DNA of 64,000 bases, taken from the NCBI RefSeq assembly GCF_030684315.1, contig NC_081362.1, forward strand, positions 22,704,571-22,768,570, in the 5' to 3' direction. Under the pieces are notes generated by a model. The model did not search any database. It saw only the letters and a list, made by a program, of their open reading frames with translations, and was not told where the DNA came from. Positions within the stretch are counted from its first letter, which is position 1. Every line of letters begins with the position of its first letter. Positions 1 to 13,239 of the stretch are shown here, piece after piece. The DNA is from Stegostoma tigrinum. Lineage: Eukaryota. A program made the position numbers and the translations under genes.

Positions 1-260
1 CATTGCTCCAGCATTTCATGTTTTCAGCCGCCAAGGCCCAAAGCTCTGGAATTCTCTTCCTAAATCCCTCCACTCACTACCTTCCTTTCCTCATTTAAGA
101 TAATCCTTAAAATCTGCTTCATTGCCAAGCCTTGGGTTATGTGCCCACATAGCTCTTTGTCTGGCTTAGTGTCAATTTTTTTTGTATAATGCTCCTATGA
201 AAAAGCATTTCCATGATGTCTTTTATTACACTCAAGAGGCTTTTCAAATACAATCTATTG
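1..260 (+). mobile_element. L2-type LINE/SINE 3' tail fragment
   Basis: ctctggaattctcttcctaaatccctcc...tccttaaaatctgcttc motif typical of L2 3' ends. Confidence 0.5.
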
Positions 261-402
261 TTGATTTTAAATTATGTTACAATCAAACAATGGCACATTC
301 AACAATGCAGCACTTCCCACAGTACTGGGTCTCAATGTCTCATATATACTAGAATATAAAGGAGCTGCTGCAAGATGAAAGCATAAATTTGAGATTGCTT
401 AC

Positions 403-499
403 CAGGAATTTTTTGTACTGTCTCTTCGTAGGAATGCTTGCTTTCCTTGTTTGGTGTTGTGAATGTAGCTGTGGGGGGTCCCAACCCCTCTAGATTGTC
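403..499 (-). CDS. DZANK1: DZANK1 coding exon 4 (DNLEGLGPPTATFTTPNKESKHSYEETVQKIP); gene continues beyond window start
   Basis: Minus-strand ttttag acceptor and G|gtaagc donor; 97 nt, open in phase 0 after the 4779-4908 exon; position matches the divergent exon ending RKFP in vertebrate DZANK1. Confidence 0.8.
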
Positions 500-1539
500 C
501 TAAAATTGTAAGATCACCTGTTATGTGCATATTCATGGTACACGGTAAAGTTACAACATACCTATGCAGAAGCTTTTCAACATTTCACACTTTTATAAAA
601 TCAATAACTTAATTTCTGGGAAATTAATAGACTGTGATGTGCTTCAATCTGGGGTACAGTCCTGACATTAACTGTTATAGCAAATAGTGTTTGTTTGCAA
701 CTCAAACAAAGGGAATCATCATAGTTGGTTCCTATCCAGTTCTGACCTTTTGTTCTTGATGATGATCTGTTAGGTACAGAAATGATGCCTGTGTCCAGGT
801 ATCTTGTGGTCAACGGCAAAGCTTTAGTGATCTAACTGCCATCACTGGTTGACCGCATAGATGTAGCTCATGTGAGTCAAACAGGCAACAGTTCAAATCC
901 TACACCAGTACTCGTGTAGATAATTCTAACTAATATCCAAGTGCTACTTTTCAGATGAGATGTTAAATTTGTCTGTGCAAATTCTATGGTACTTTTTCAA
1001 AGAGCAGGAGAGTTCCAGCAGTAGCCTGGTGAATCCTTCAGCCAACAAAAGTATACCAGCTAGTCATTGTGAAAACTGAGAGAATAAAAAACAGACATAG
1101 GCATGCTAGCCTAACAATTATTGTAGATAAATTGATGGATATGTATAATTAAAGACAAAATGGCCAATCACTAAAAGAAATTTGAACTGATTGCAGAAAT
1201 TTGTAAAACACTAAATCTGCATTCACTAAATACCAGTTATTTTACTAAATTTTTCTAGCTCTGTTAAAAAGCCATCAAACTGAAATGTTCATTCTGTTTT
1301 TTCCCCACAGATGCTGCCTGAGGTTCTAAGTGTCTTCAGGGTTTCTATCCTTAATATTAGATTTATAAAGGAATATTCATGCCTAACAAACTTGATTGAT
1401 GCTTTCGAGGATTGGTAGATAGGTAGATACCTATTTTGGATAGATACCTATACGATAGATACCTATTTTGGTAGATAGGTGTAGTAATCTGTGGACATAG
1501 TTCTATAGATTTCCAAAAATCATTTGATAAACTTTCACA

Positions 1540-2145
1540 GGAGCATTGAATTCAGAAGTTGGCAAGTTATGTTATAGTTATGCAAAGCTTTAGTCAGGCC
1601 ACATTTGGAACACTATATGCAGTTCTGGTCACCAAACTACCTGAAGGACATGGATGCTTTGGAGAGGGTTTGGAGAAGTTTACTAGGATGTTGCCTGGTC
1701 TGGAAGGTTTTAGTTATGAGGAGAGGTTAGACAAACTCAGACTGTTTTTACCAGAAAGATGGAGGCTGATGGATGACCTGAAAGAGGTCTACAAAATTAT
1801 GAGAGGCAAAGAGAGTCAGAGACGTTTTCCCAGCATGGAAAGGTCAACTACAAGAAGGCACACGTTCGGGGAGGGGAGTGGTTGGGGGTGCTGGTGGTGA
1901 TGAGTTCAGGGGAGAAGCTCAGGGAAATTTTTTCACGTAGAGGGTGGTAGGTGCCTGGAACACACTGCCAGTGGAGATAGTGGAACCAGGCACCTTAGCA
2001 ATGTTTAAAGCGTATCTTGATTGACAAATGTACGGTGAGGCAAACAGAGGGAAAGATACAGCACATGGGCAATACATAGCAGTTCTAAGTAAGGAATAGG
2101 AATTGGCACAGGGTTGGTGGGCTGAGGGGCCTGTTCCTGTGTTGT
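1540..2145 (+). mobile_element. CR1 (HER1-like) LINE 3' fragment
   Basis: KFTRMLPGLEGFSYEERLDKLRLF...DLKEVYKIMRG, CR1 ORF2 C-terminus, followed by 3' tail gggcctgttcctgtg. Confidence 0.85.
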
Positions 2146-4778
2146 GCTGTATTGTCTTGTATTGTGTAACCAGAGCTCATGGAAAAGAAGGAAAATTTTT
2201 GATCTTGTTAGGAAGTTAATTATGCGGTAGAGAACAGAGAGTGGGGTTTATAGCTATAAACTCTAGTTGGAAGAAAGTACCCATTGTATCATATGAGGAT
2301 CTGTGCTGCAGCCTCAACTATTCACTATCTTTATTAGTGAGTTATATTACACAATAGAGCACTATACATCCAAGTTTGTCAATTACCAAGTTCAGCAACA
2401 TTATTAGTAATGTGGATAGAACCTCAAAATTGTGAACAGGGAGAGGTCAGAAGGTATTGTTCAAGATCCCTTGGCAAACTGCTGGCGTAGGTGTAAGTTT
2501 TGTAGGTGGTAACACACTGCACAATGTGGTGAACGGCAAAGAGAATGGCTGAGGGCCAAACAAATGAGCTGCTATTTCCTAGTCAGTATTGAGGTGTTGG
2601 AATGTTGCGCTTTACCCATCCAGGCAACCATGGGGAATTTCATTATGGTCCTGATTCATGCCTTGTAAATAGTAGAATGTTTTCAGGTTTCCAAGCAAAA
2701 CTCTGATTCTCTGACTTGACCTTGTAGTTATTACATCCATGTGGCTGGTCCAGTTAGGTTTCAGATCATTGGTGAGCACAAGATATTAGTGGTGGGGAAT
2801 TCAGCAACAGTAATGCCAGTGAATGTCAGGAGAGGAGGTTAGATTCTCTCTTGCTTGAAATGTTAGTAGTCTGCTGCTTGCATAGTGTTAATGTTACAGA
2901 AATGTAGCAGGTAAGAAGAAATAAGCCAAAGTAAAACGTAAATGAACAGTGACTATATTTATATTGTGCTTTTCACAACCATAGAACAACCCATAAATGT
3001 CTTAAGTGTGTTTTCAAGACCAGTCATGTCACAAAGTAAGAAACATGGCAGCCCATTTGAGTATATCAAGTTCTGACAAACAGGGATGTGGTAACACTCA
3101 GATAATCTGTTTAACTGAAACTGAATAAATATTGGTCAGGACTCTTCATTGCTCTTCTTCAAACTAGTCCCACAGAACTTTTTACCCAAAATACAAAGAT
3201 ATCTAACAGTACAGCACTCCAAATGTACTGCATTGGATTTTCAATCTTGATGTTTGTGCTGGAGTCCTACAGTGGGATTTCAACTTTCAAGCTTTTGACC
3301 AGAACATTACTAAGTCATGGCTTGCACCTTTGTGTTGATCTTTAGATCCGGAAGGTTATTGTTTAAGTGGAAGGAATTTTGTTACAGCTATATAAAGTCC
3401 AAGTTATACTGCTGAGTGCAGTTCAAGACTCCACACCTTAGAAAGTACATATTGGCCTTGGTAGGAATGTAATGAAAATCCAACAGATCGTCACTACAGC
3501 TCCTATGAGCAAATTGAACAACGATCCCATAAATTTCTTTTACTTATTGAAGTATAAATGGTTAAAGGGAGATTAGAGTGAGGCTTTTGAAATTTTCAAA
3601 TAAATTGTTAGAGAAGAATGGAACATTTCAAAAAAAAGTTGTTGAAGGAGTCAAGAACAACAGACCATAGCCTTAAAAAGGATGTTAGATATATGAATTT
3701 CCTTTCCACAAGATGCATTAGATGGTAGCTCAATTTTTAAGTCTGAGATGATCAGACTTTTGTAATTCAAGCATATTGATGGACAAACTACAACAGATAG
3801 ATTGAGTTAGAATGTGGATCAGCCAAGATTTCATTACATTGCGCAAAAATGGCTAAATAAGGTTCAGTCTACTTTTCCCCCCACAGTATTCCTTATTCAT
3901 TGGTAGTACTGAACAGCTATTCTCGGAAACCCATTACAGGAGTCAAATCAGTGCTGTTACAAGGTGTTTATGTTTTGGTAGAACTGTTTAAAGTAAATCT
4001 GGAAGATTTAATCAGATACGAAAAGAAATTGGATGTTTTCCTAAATAAGCCTTCCTTTTTAAACATCCATTATTAATGCTGTTGAAATTGTCACAACAGC
4101 GTTTCCCTACTTGCACACTTTCATCAGCTATTTTATAAATTATCTCCTTTAAATTTTTGAAATTAGATCTTGACTATTTAGGAGTGAAATTGGGAAATTG
4201 GGCCAGAAGCTCAGGTTTGAGTCCCACCCCAGGACTTGATGGCCATGGACACTTCATTTGTAATGTGATCAAAAAAATTGATTATCAATTTGTAAATCCT
4301 TTCAATAAGCCTACAACAAAACAAGAAGAGTGGAATAGTCTCCTGGTCAGCCATGCATGGAGTAGAGTGGCAGCCCTCAAGCTACAGCCTGCGGTGACAG
4401 ATCTATGCATGTGCTTTGTCTGTCTCAGAAGCGATTAAGCACAAGAGAAAGTAAAGGACGCAGATTAATGAAGCTGAGATGTAAATCAGTCACAACCTAA
4501 AAGAACAGGGAAATAAATGACTAAATCACCTTTTCCCATTACAATGTGCTGAAATTACAAGCTTTTACATTTAGTAAACATACAATTTTCTGGCTTTCAC
4601 CATTCCAATAACAAGGTGGACAAACAGGAAGCCAACATTAGAAGAGTCTCTCATGGATCATTCATTGAATCACACAGGATATAAAGAGATTTCTACAGAT
4701 CCACTCAGGAATACACAAATCTCACTCCAGCACTTGGAACATGTGACTGATCAACTGTATATTACTACATATTCTTAC

Positions 4779-4908
4779 CTGTCTGGAAAGCTCCTTTTCA
4801 TAATCTTGTAAGAAATTTTTGTCATCATCCTCCAATATCTCCACTGCATTGGGCTGTACGTACTCCACAAGAAAGACCTTGGTCACCACACCACTCTCTC
4901 GACCATCT
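4779..4908 (-). CDS. DZANK1: DZANK1 coding exon 3 (DGRESGVVTKVFLVEYVQPN...ELSRQ)
   Basis: AG/GT boundaries, 130 nt, phase consistent; resembles human [20 protein letters not shown]. Confidence 0.93.
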
Positions 4909-4959
4909 CTAATAGTCAACAGAAATATTGCAGATGACAAAACTTGGTAAGGTTGTATG

Positions 4960-5820
4960 CAGAGCAAGTTTCAGGCCAGACAGATGTCTTGGAGCGTATA
5001 AGAGATGGCAGATGCAATTTAATACAGAAATGAGAGATGATGCATCTTGGAAGTAATAATGAGGGAATGTAACTGTAAGCAAATTTTGCAATTCCAAAAG
5101 CTGTGCAGGAACACAGAACACACGATTATACAGGTTAAGAGGAGCAGAAGTAGGAGTTTACAAACAAATATTTCAATGTGACAGGCCAAGTTGGAGCAGT
5201 TAAAAATGCATGTAGGTTCCAGGATTTTATAAACAGAAACATAGAACACATAGGGCAGGGAAGATACACAGAACCTTTATAAATCACTGGTTATGTCTCA
5301 ACTGGAGTACTGAATCCAGTTACAAGCACCATGTTTTACAAATGAAGTCAAAGCCTTGGAAAGGATGGGAGGAAATTTGCTAAATAGTAGAAGGAACTGG
5401 GGACTTCAGTTTCATAAAGAGATTAAGAGATGGGATTGTTCTGCTTTGAGACGATTAAGGAGATTTAACAGGGAGGTTCAAAATTTATAAGGGTTTTGAT
5501 TTGACAGAAAGAAACTTTCTGCTGGTAGGAAGATCAGTAACCGAAGGAAACAGACTCCAGATTATTGGCAAAAGAACCAAAGTGAGCAGAGATTGTTATT
5601 TAACATGGAAAATTGTTAAGATCTGAAATACACTGCCTGAAAGGATGATGAATGCTGATTCAATAATAACTTTTAAAACAAATTTGTACATATGCTTGAA
5701 AAGGGAAAAGAATGAGACGGTATAGAGAAAGAGTAGGGGAGTCAGATTAGTTGGAAAGTTCTGGCATAAAGCTGGCAGAGGCACAACGAGTCAAATAAGC
5801 TGCTTTGCTATGTATGATTT
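4960..5820 (+). mobile_element. Degenerate CR1 LINE 3' fragment
   Basis: Decayed motifs (tggcagatgcaatttaat, ctggagtactg, tctgaaatacactgcctgaaagg). Confidence 0.65.
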
Positions 5821-5898
5821 TCTGGCTTGTTCTTTTGGACTAATGTAAAATACTTTCAAATGATTTTAGTTTTTCTTTCAGGCAGTTGGGACGGTTAC

Positions 5899-6052
5899 CG
5901 AGAAGCAGCAAAAGCTTTAATCGTTCCTCTGCCTGCTTGCAATGTGAATGGTTCTCTGTATTTTATGGTTGAGTTCTCCCCATAACATGGTTTCTTCACG
6001 AGTTGAGGTCTGCTGCCATTTACTGTGTAGTATATGTCCACATCGGGGGTGT
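5899..6052 (-). CDS. DZANK1: DZANK1 coding exon 2 (DTPDVDIYYTVNGSRPQLVKKPCYGENSTIKYREPFTLQAGRGTIKAFAASR)
   Basis: AG/GT boundaries, 154 nt; resembles human DTPDVNIYYTLDGSKP...GENNTFKY. Confidence 0.95.
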
Positions 6053-6149
6053 CTATTAAATAAAAAGGGAAAAATAAAATTGTCATTAAAGTGTTTGCTT
6101 TTGTGGAAAGAAATTTTGTAGAAGATTTCTTGAAGGACAACTCAATAAA

Positions 6150-6975
6150 CATAGAAACATAGAAGACTGGAGCAGGACGTGGTCTTTTGGCCCTTCAAAC
6201 CTGCTGTGCCATTCTTCACAATTATGGCTGATCGCCCAACTCAATAGCTTAATTCTGCTTTCTCCGCATAACCTTTAATCTCATTCAGCCCAAGTGCTAC
6301 ATCTAGCTGCCTCTTAAATTCATTCAATGTTTTGGCATCAACTGCTTCCTGTGGTAATGAATTCCACAGGCTCACCACTTTTTGGGTGAAGAAATGTCTC
6401 TTCATCTCCGTCCTAAATTGTCTACCCCGAATCTCATACTATGACCTCTGGATCTGGATACACCCACCATCAGGAACATCGTCCCTGCATCTATCCTGTC
6501 TAGTCCTGTTAGAATTTAAGACTGTATGAGATCCCCTCTCATTCATCTGAACTGTGGTGAAGACAATCCCAAATAGTCAATCTCTCTTCATACCTCAGAC
6601 CTTCCATCTCTGGAATCAGCCTGATAAACCTTCACTACACTCCCTCAAAAGCAACAGCATCCTTCCTCAGAACAGGAGACCAAAACTGCACCACTAGGAG
6701 TGGTCTCACCAAGGCTCTGAACAACTACAACAACACATCCTTGCTCCTGTAGTCAAAACCTCTCACAATGAAGGCCAACATACTATTTGCCTTCTTTACC
6801 ACCTCCTGCATCTGCATGCCTATTTTCAATAATTGGTGCACAAGGACAGCCAGGTCCCATTGCATGCTTCCCCTCTCCCAGTTTATAGCCATTCAGGTAG
6901 TAACATGCCTTCTTGTTTTTGCCTCCAAAGTGAATAACATCACATTTATCCAAATTATACTGCATCTGCCAATTG
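6150..6975 (-). mobile_element. CR1 LINE 3' fragment
   Basis: MQYNLDKCDVIHFGGKN motif; catagaaa tail repeats at 6150. Confidence 0.85.
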
Positions 6976-6984
6976 ATTTGTCCA

Positions 6985-7240
6985 ACTCACCCATCAATAA
7001 ACACATAGAGCTAGATCCCATATACACTCCATTGCAAAGGTAAACCAGAAGAGAGGTAATCAAGCTCAAAAGGCACCAGAGTTTAAATAACAGGTGGGAA
7101 AACACAACAGTGTTTCATTAGAGGCTGCACTGATGTTATCCAACAGGGTAATGAAACGTCTGCAGAACAATGAGCCAGCTTGGCGAGCCAAACAGCCACA
7201 ACATTCACAACCTGAGCTACAAATCTACTCTAAAATCTAA
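6985..7240 (+). mobile_element. Penelope-like element 3' fragment (second family) with hammerhead remnant
   Basis: INKHIELDPIYTPLQ at ORF end; CTGCA-CTGATG..GTTATC/GGTAAT-GAAACGTC-TGCAG at ~7125-7165. Confidence 0.65.
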
Positions 7241-7925
7241 GAGCATATTTGTCGAAGTTGTTTAAAATCAAGAAGTTTGTGGACAAGGAAGTAAAAACAT
7301 CTTCCAGTCACTGAATGGTCAATAACCGGAAGACACAGATTTGAGTGGACTGATAAAAGAGCCAGAGTTGACATGAGATCAATGCTTTATTCAAACATTA
7401 GTTTGGACTTGGAACACACACGCACCATGGTAGGGTGCGGGTACATAGTTAGTGATAACCATTAAAAGGTAACTGGATAAATACAGAAGAAAAACAAATT
7501 GCAGAGATATGGAAAACAGAAGGGGATGAGATTAAGGGATTTGTCTTTGAAACAACTAGCATATAATTTATGGGTCACGTGGTTTCTATGCAGTACAATT
7601 CTATGCTTGTAATGTAGTCGAAGATTTGAAAGTACTCCACAGAAACAATTAGACACCAATCTGTCACCAAGTCAGAGGAGCTATTTGGACCAAAACAGAT
7701 AGGTCTTAACAGAAACCTTAAAAGGAGGAGAGAGAGGCAGAGAGCTATGGGAAGGATTTCAGAGTTTAGAGACTGGTAGTTGAAAGCACAGCCATTGTTG
7801 ATGAAGCAAAAAAAAATTAGGGATCCACAAGAGGCTAAAGCTGGAAGAGCTCAGAGACTGACTTTTGCATCTGGAAGCCAGTATACTTCCATGATTCTAA
7901 TACTGAGGTTGCCCTCAAACTTTCA

Positions 7926-8258
<333 letters not shown>

Positions 8259-8329
8259 TCACCAACAAACTGAAACTCAAGTAATTAAACTTATGAGCAT
8301 AGAACCCAAAGTTGTAAATAACCCCTACA

Positions 8330-8745
8330 ATCTACACTCAATCGTTTTGTTAATAATCATTTACTTCAATTATTCTTGTCATTACTACTACAATAATTAT
8401 AAATTTCTCTAGTTAATACCAGTAATTATTCACAAAGATTAGAAATAATACCGCAGATTAATATATCAAACAAATTAATAGTATCATAACGAATACTTAT
8501 AATACTTGGCATAAACAATACAATGAATATTTGTTAACTCAAAGTATCAACTACTCCAATAAATATTTAAAAATTACAATGATTATTACCAACTACATTG
8601 ATTATAAATAACTCCAATTAATTGGTGATTCAATCATAACTCCAACAATGATCAATAATAGGTTTGTTTATTAATAATCCTGATTTTTCATATTAACGTG
8701 CAGGAAGTAATTATAATTATTAATGATGTAATAATTTTTTGTTCA
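8330..8745. repeat. AT-rich, G-poor low-complexity / degenerate minisatellite
   Basis: Recurrent aataat, attatt and actccaa motifs. Confidence 0.55.
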
Positions 8746-8835
8746 TCCCTCATTACCTTTCCTGTCAGTCATTTTGTTAATGACAGAGTAGCTCGCAAGG
8801 CCATTTCAGAGAAAGTTGAAAGGTAACAGTACTTG

Positions 8836-9034
8836 AGATAATGGGAACTGCAGATGCTGGAGAATTCCAAGATAATAAAATGTGAGGCTGGATGAACACA
8901 GCAGGCCAAGCAGCATCTCAGGAGCACAAAGCTGACGTTTCGGGCCTAGGGGTCTAGGCCCAAAACGTCAGCTTTTGTGCTCCTGAGATGCTGCTTGGCC
9001 TGCTGTGTTCATCCAGCCTCACATTTTATTATCT
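8836..9034. mobile_element. Penelope-derived palindromic mini-insertion with 14-15 bp TSD
   Basis: About 80-bp inverted arms (8870-8949 / 8954-9034); direct repeat aggtaacagtacttg at 8821-8835 and 9035-9049. Confidence 0.88.
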
Positions 9035-9911
9035 AGGTAACAGTACTTGTCTGAATTGGAACCATATATATACACTAGACTGGGTAAGAACTACAGACTT
9101 CTTTTCCTATTGGCAAAATATTAGTAAGCCTGATGGGTTTTACTGTATTGTAATGTAGTAGTTTTATAGCTCAAATATGGGGTATAGCTTTTTCTTTACT
9201 CCAGAATGATTTAATTAACACAATTTAAATTCCCCAGCAGCCCTGGTGAGATTTAATTTCAAGGGAAGGATTTCGGCTTTTGGATCTGGACCCAGAGTGC
9301 AGTCGCCAAACGGTGATTTTTCCCTGAACCGGCAACAGAAGACAAGGAGCACAATCACTGCCCAATTAAGAATGGCAGGTACTTGAAAGAAGCAGAGGCC
9401 TAGTCTTGCAGGTATAGGAGAAGGTACTGTGTCTTACCGCAATCCCCTCAGAAACTTTTAAAATACTCAGGCAAAGAATAGTCAGAGCTACCGTGCGATC
9501 TGACACACGTTTACTGGTTAAGGACCACAAGGCCAACCCGGAGTTGCCCACGGCGGTCTGCTAACGTGAGGCCACCTCCAGGTGTCAGGCCTGCCCCTGT
9601 CACTGTGGGATGGGATGAGGTGAGGGCCATAAGGCGGCTGAAAAAATCCAGTCAGCTTCTGGTAACTGACCTTTCACTTACATTTAATACTCTACTCCCC
9701 GAAACCCAAAGGTTCTAGCAAACTGGCAGGCCGACCAGCACCAAGTACACAACTGATGTCCCTTTTCCCCCAAAGCCTACTCCACTGTAAATTCAGTTTT
9801 GTATTTCTGGCTCTTACATCCAGATCTCAGGATTTATAATCCACCTCGATCCCCTTCTTGTATCAATTACTCATTATATTTTAGTACTTCATAGTAATAA
9901 ACCCACCCAAC

Positions 9912-10160
9912 CTTAGGCGAACTCTCTCCTGGTGCCGTTTTCACAAACAGCCTCGCTCCTAGCAACGCCGGCACTCCGCGGCTGCAGCTCCTCCGATGAG
10001 TCAGACCCCGTCGCCTGGCAACTACCACAAACAATCAAATCAACTCTTAGAGCGGTATTGGCAACGGAGCACCAGTGAACAACGCACGCGCAGTTAGAGT
10101 TTGGCCGAAGTGTTGGAGGAGGGGATTCAGGTGTGCTCAGGTAGCCGCGGGGAAGACCCA
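9912..10160 (-). promoter_or_regulatory. Probable DZANK1 promoter and non-coding first exon with RFX X-boxes
   Basis: Local CpG enrichment; X-box GTCGCCTGGCAAC 10010-10022; GCTCCTAGCAAC 9955-9966; AP-1 site TGAGTCA 9997-10003; minus-strand donor AAG|gttggg at 9912/9911. Confidence 0.65.
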
Positions 10161-10284
10161 AACTCAGACCTGATTGGTTACAGTGGCCAGGGAATGCATT
10201 TAATTCCGTCCCATCAGTTCTTTCCTAAACCTCGGCCAATTGATGTGACTGCAGAGATTTAAAAAAAACTCTGACAGACATTGG

Positions 10285-11045
10285 GAATAACAAGGTGTAG
10301 AGCTGGATGAACATGGCAGGTCAAGCAGCATCACATAAACAGGAAGGCTGACGTTTCGGGCCTTGACTCTTCTTCAGAAATGGGAGAGTGGAAGGGGGTC
10401 TGAAATAAATTGGGAGAGAGGTGGAGGCAGATAGAAGATGGATAGAGGAGAAGCTAGGTGGAGTGGAGACAGACAGGTCAAAGAGGCAGGGATGGAGCCA
10501 GTGAAGGTGAGTGTAGGTGAGCTATTAGGGAGGAGATAAGTCAGTCCAGGGAGGACGGACAGTCAAGGGTGCGGGATGAGGCTAATAGGTAGAAGATGGG
10601 CGTGGAGTTTGAGGTGGGAGGAGGGAATAGGTGGGAGGAAGGACAGGTTAGGGAGGTGGGGATAAGCTGGACGGGTTTTGGGATGCGGTAGGGGGAGGGA
10701 AGATTTTGAAGCTTGTGCAGACCACATTTTTTACCATTGGGCTGCAGGGTTCCCAAGCGGAATATGAGGCGCTGTACCTGCAACCTTCGGATGGCATCGT
10801 TGTGGCACTGCAGGAGGCCCAGGATGGACATGTCGTCTGAGAAATGGGAGGGGGAGTTGAAATGGTTTGCAACTGGGAGGTATAGTTGTTTAGTGCGAAC
10901 CGAGCATTGGTGTTCCGCAAAGCGGTCCCCAAGCCTCCGCTTGGTTTCCCTGTTGTAGAGGAGGCCACAAAGGGAACAGCAGATGCAGTATACCACGTTA
11001 GCAGATGTGCAGGTGAACACCTACATGATGTGGAAAGTCTTCTGC
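10285..11045 (-). mobile_element. Penelope-like element 3' fragment (GIY-YIG endonuclease plus pLTR with hammerhead core)
   Basis: FTCTSANVVYCICCSLCGLLYNRETKRRLGDRFAEH...VANHF; CTGAAGA...GAAACGTC on minus strand 10350-10377. Confidence 0.9.
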
Positions 11046-11299
11046 ATTAATGTGGTGAAGCACAGTGCCCCAAAGTAAAAACTTCCCATCAGGATGAATA
11101 TTGGCCACAACATTCAGCAAAGCCAAATGGGTCTTCAAAAAGAGCCATAAACCCTACTAATCAACCCGAACAGGTAAATCATGCCTTTTTAAAGATTTTA
11201 GCCAAAATATAGTATTTCTAAACGTACTTGTACTGTTTACTGCAGAGGTGCAGTCCAGATGATAGCCTCTTATTTCTGACTCAGAAGTTATGGAGTCAG

Positions 11300-11670
11300 G
11301 TCATGAACACAATATGGTACTCAGTGCAGCACTATTAGGGCTGGCTTCTTTCCAATATGATGTACAAATATGTTTCAGATAAGATGTCCTGTCTACTGTC
11401 TAAGGTAAACATAAAAATATTCCGTGGCATCACTGAAAAGAAGAGTAGGGGAGTTATACTCTAGAATCCTGGCTAATATTTATCCCTCATGAACAAATTA
11501 ACAAGAAGATTATCAGATCACAATACAATTTTTTTTGGAAACTTGCTGCATACAAATTGTCTACTATATATCTTAGTTCTTACAACAGTGATTTTATTTG
11601 AAAAAGTATTTCAAAAGCTGTAAAGTGTTGAAGGACAGTCTACTGTTGTGGAACATACTATATAAATCTT
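11300..11670 (+). mobile_element. Deu-domain SINE (SacSINE1-like) fragment; related pieces at ~840-1070, 2940-3330, 32880-33270, 33640-34050, 38950-39130
   Basis: gaagaagagtaggggagtt..tcctggctaatatttatccctca..gattatc..acaaattg..acaacagtga motifs. Confidence 0.6.
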
Positions 11671-13239
11671 TTTCTTTTTAATACATCTACAAAAAGAGTT
11701 TTGTTTCTTCAACAGAGACCACAAATCAATCTTGGGATCTTCTGGCATACTTGTAAACATGCAAATTTAGGAGCAGGGATAGACCACTTGGCCCCTCAAG
11801 CCTGATGCACCATTCTCCAAGATCGGACTGATCTGTTTACTGCAAATTTCTACCTCCCGCTAATAACTTTTTACTCCCTTGCTCATCAAGAATCCATCTA
11901 CCTTTGTCTTAAAATATTCAAAGATTCTGCTTCCACTGCTTTTTAAAAATGTGAGTTCAAAAGACCTACAACGCTGTGAGGAACAAAAAATTCTCCCCAC
12001 TTCTGATTTGAATAAGTGACCCTTTACGATGTACATTCTCCCATAAGAGGGAACATCCTTTCATATGCACCTGTCAAAACTGCTCAGGATCTTGTTTTTT
12101 GTTTCAATTGAGTCACCTCTTACTTTTATAAACATTGGTGGATACAAATATAGTCTGAAAACAATTCTTCATAAGACAACCTGCCCATTCAAAGTTATGG
12201 GGAGAGGAGGTGGACTTCCCATCACAACCAGATCTGCCATGGTCTTATTGAATGGGGAACAGGCTTGAAGGGTTGGATGTCCTACTCTTGCTTCTAAAAT
12301 GTTATTTTCCCATGAATCTGATTGGCTGCCCAGAGTTGTCTGGGTGGTTGTTGGGTCCTCTAAACTCCAATAATATTGGCAGATAAACCACCGGGGGCCA
12401 AATAGTTTTTCTGTATAGTTTGCTGTATTCAGGTTTGGGCAGATTACAGCATGGCAGCAATGACTAATTTTATTTTTGTTGCCTCTCCTCCTCAGGATCC
12501 CACAAAATAACTGGTTCAGTTACCCATGGAATTGATCGTAGTGTGTGCAGAACAGGCACCAACCAGTTCCAATGTATTTAGCCTACTGGAAACCCATTTA
12601 AGCTATGGGGCCCTGTTTGCAATAATAAGTGGATTACTTGAATTGGTTGGGTGTTTTGGACACCTGGATGTAAGACTTTGTCAAAACATGTGCAGGTTAG
12701 GTCACTATACCCACTTGATGTTATTACTGCTCCCCTAATTACAGATACACTCACCCAATTCCTGCACCAACACCTTTACTTGCCTGCAATTGTTCAATCG
12801 ATACATCCCTCCTCGGACCATCATGTTCCCACACCAGCCAAAGAGTGATTGCTGTACTCAGGATCAGTAACAATAGCTTGTATAAAAATAAGTAGTTTCA
12901 CTGAATATAAAATATGGTAGCTGACAATTTGATTAGTTTTTTTTGTCATGTAAACAAACTTTTTGTGTCATTTCCATAATTGTTTGATGTAATTACTGAC
13001 ATAATACTACCTGACAGTGGAAGAAGATACCAAATTCCAAACTGCACATTTTTACTTTGAAATTACATAGTATCTATACCACAGGTCACTTGACTCTTCA
13101 GATCTATACCCGCATTTATATTCAACATTAGCCTCCCTCAACTCTGATTACACTTTATCATATGACCCCAGATGCTTATATTCCATTATGAATTGGGTAT
13201 GCTATAAGTCATTAAAAAGGCATGTAAATTATTTTCCTT

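Noticed and set aside
8330-8745. Possible mitochondrial insertion (numt)
   Set aside because: No recognisable mitochondrial gene, tRNA or control-region motif
8836-9034. DNA-transposon MITE or miRNA gene interpretation of the hairpin
   Set aside because: Arms match Penelope 3' tails elsewhere in the window, the termini are asymmetric, and the long TSD fits retrotransposition; this copy also lacks the CUGANGA box so is not itself a ribozyme
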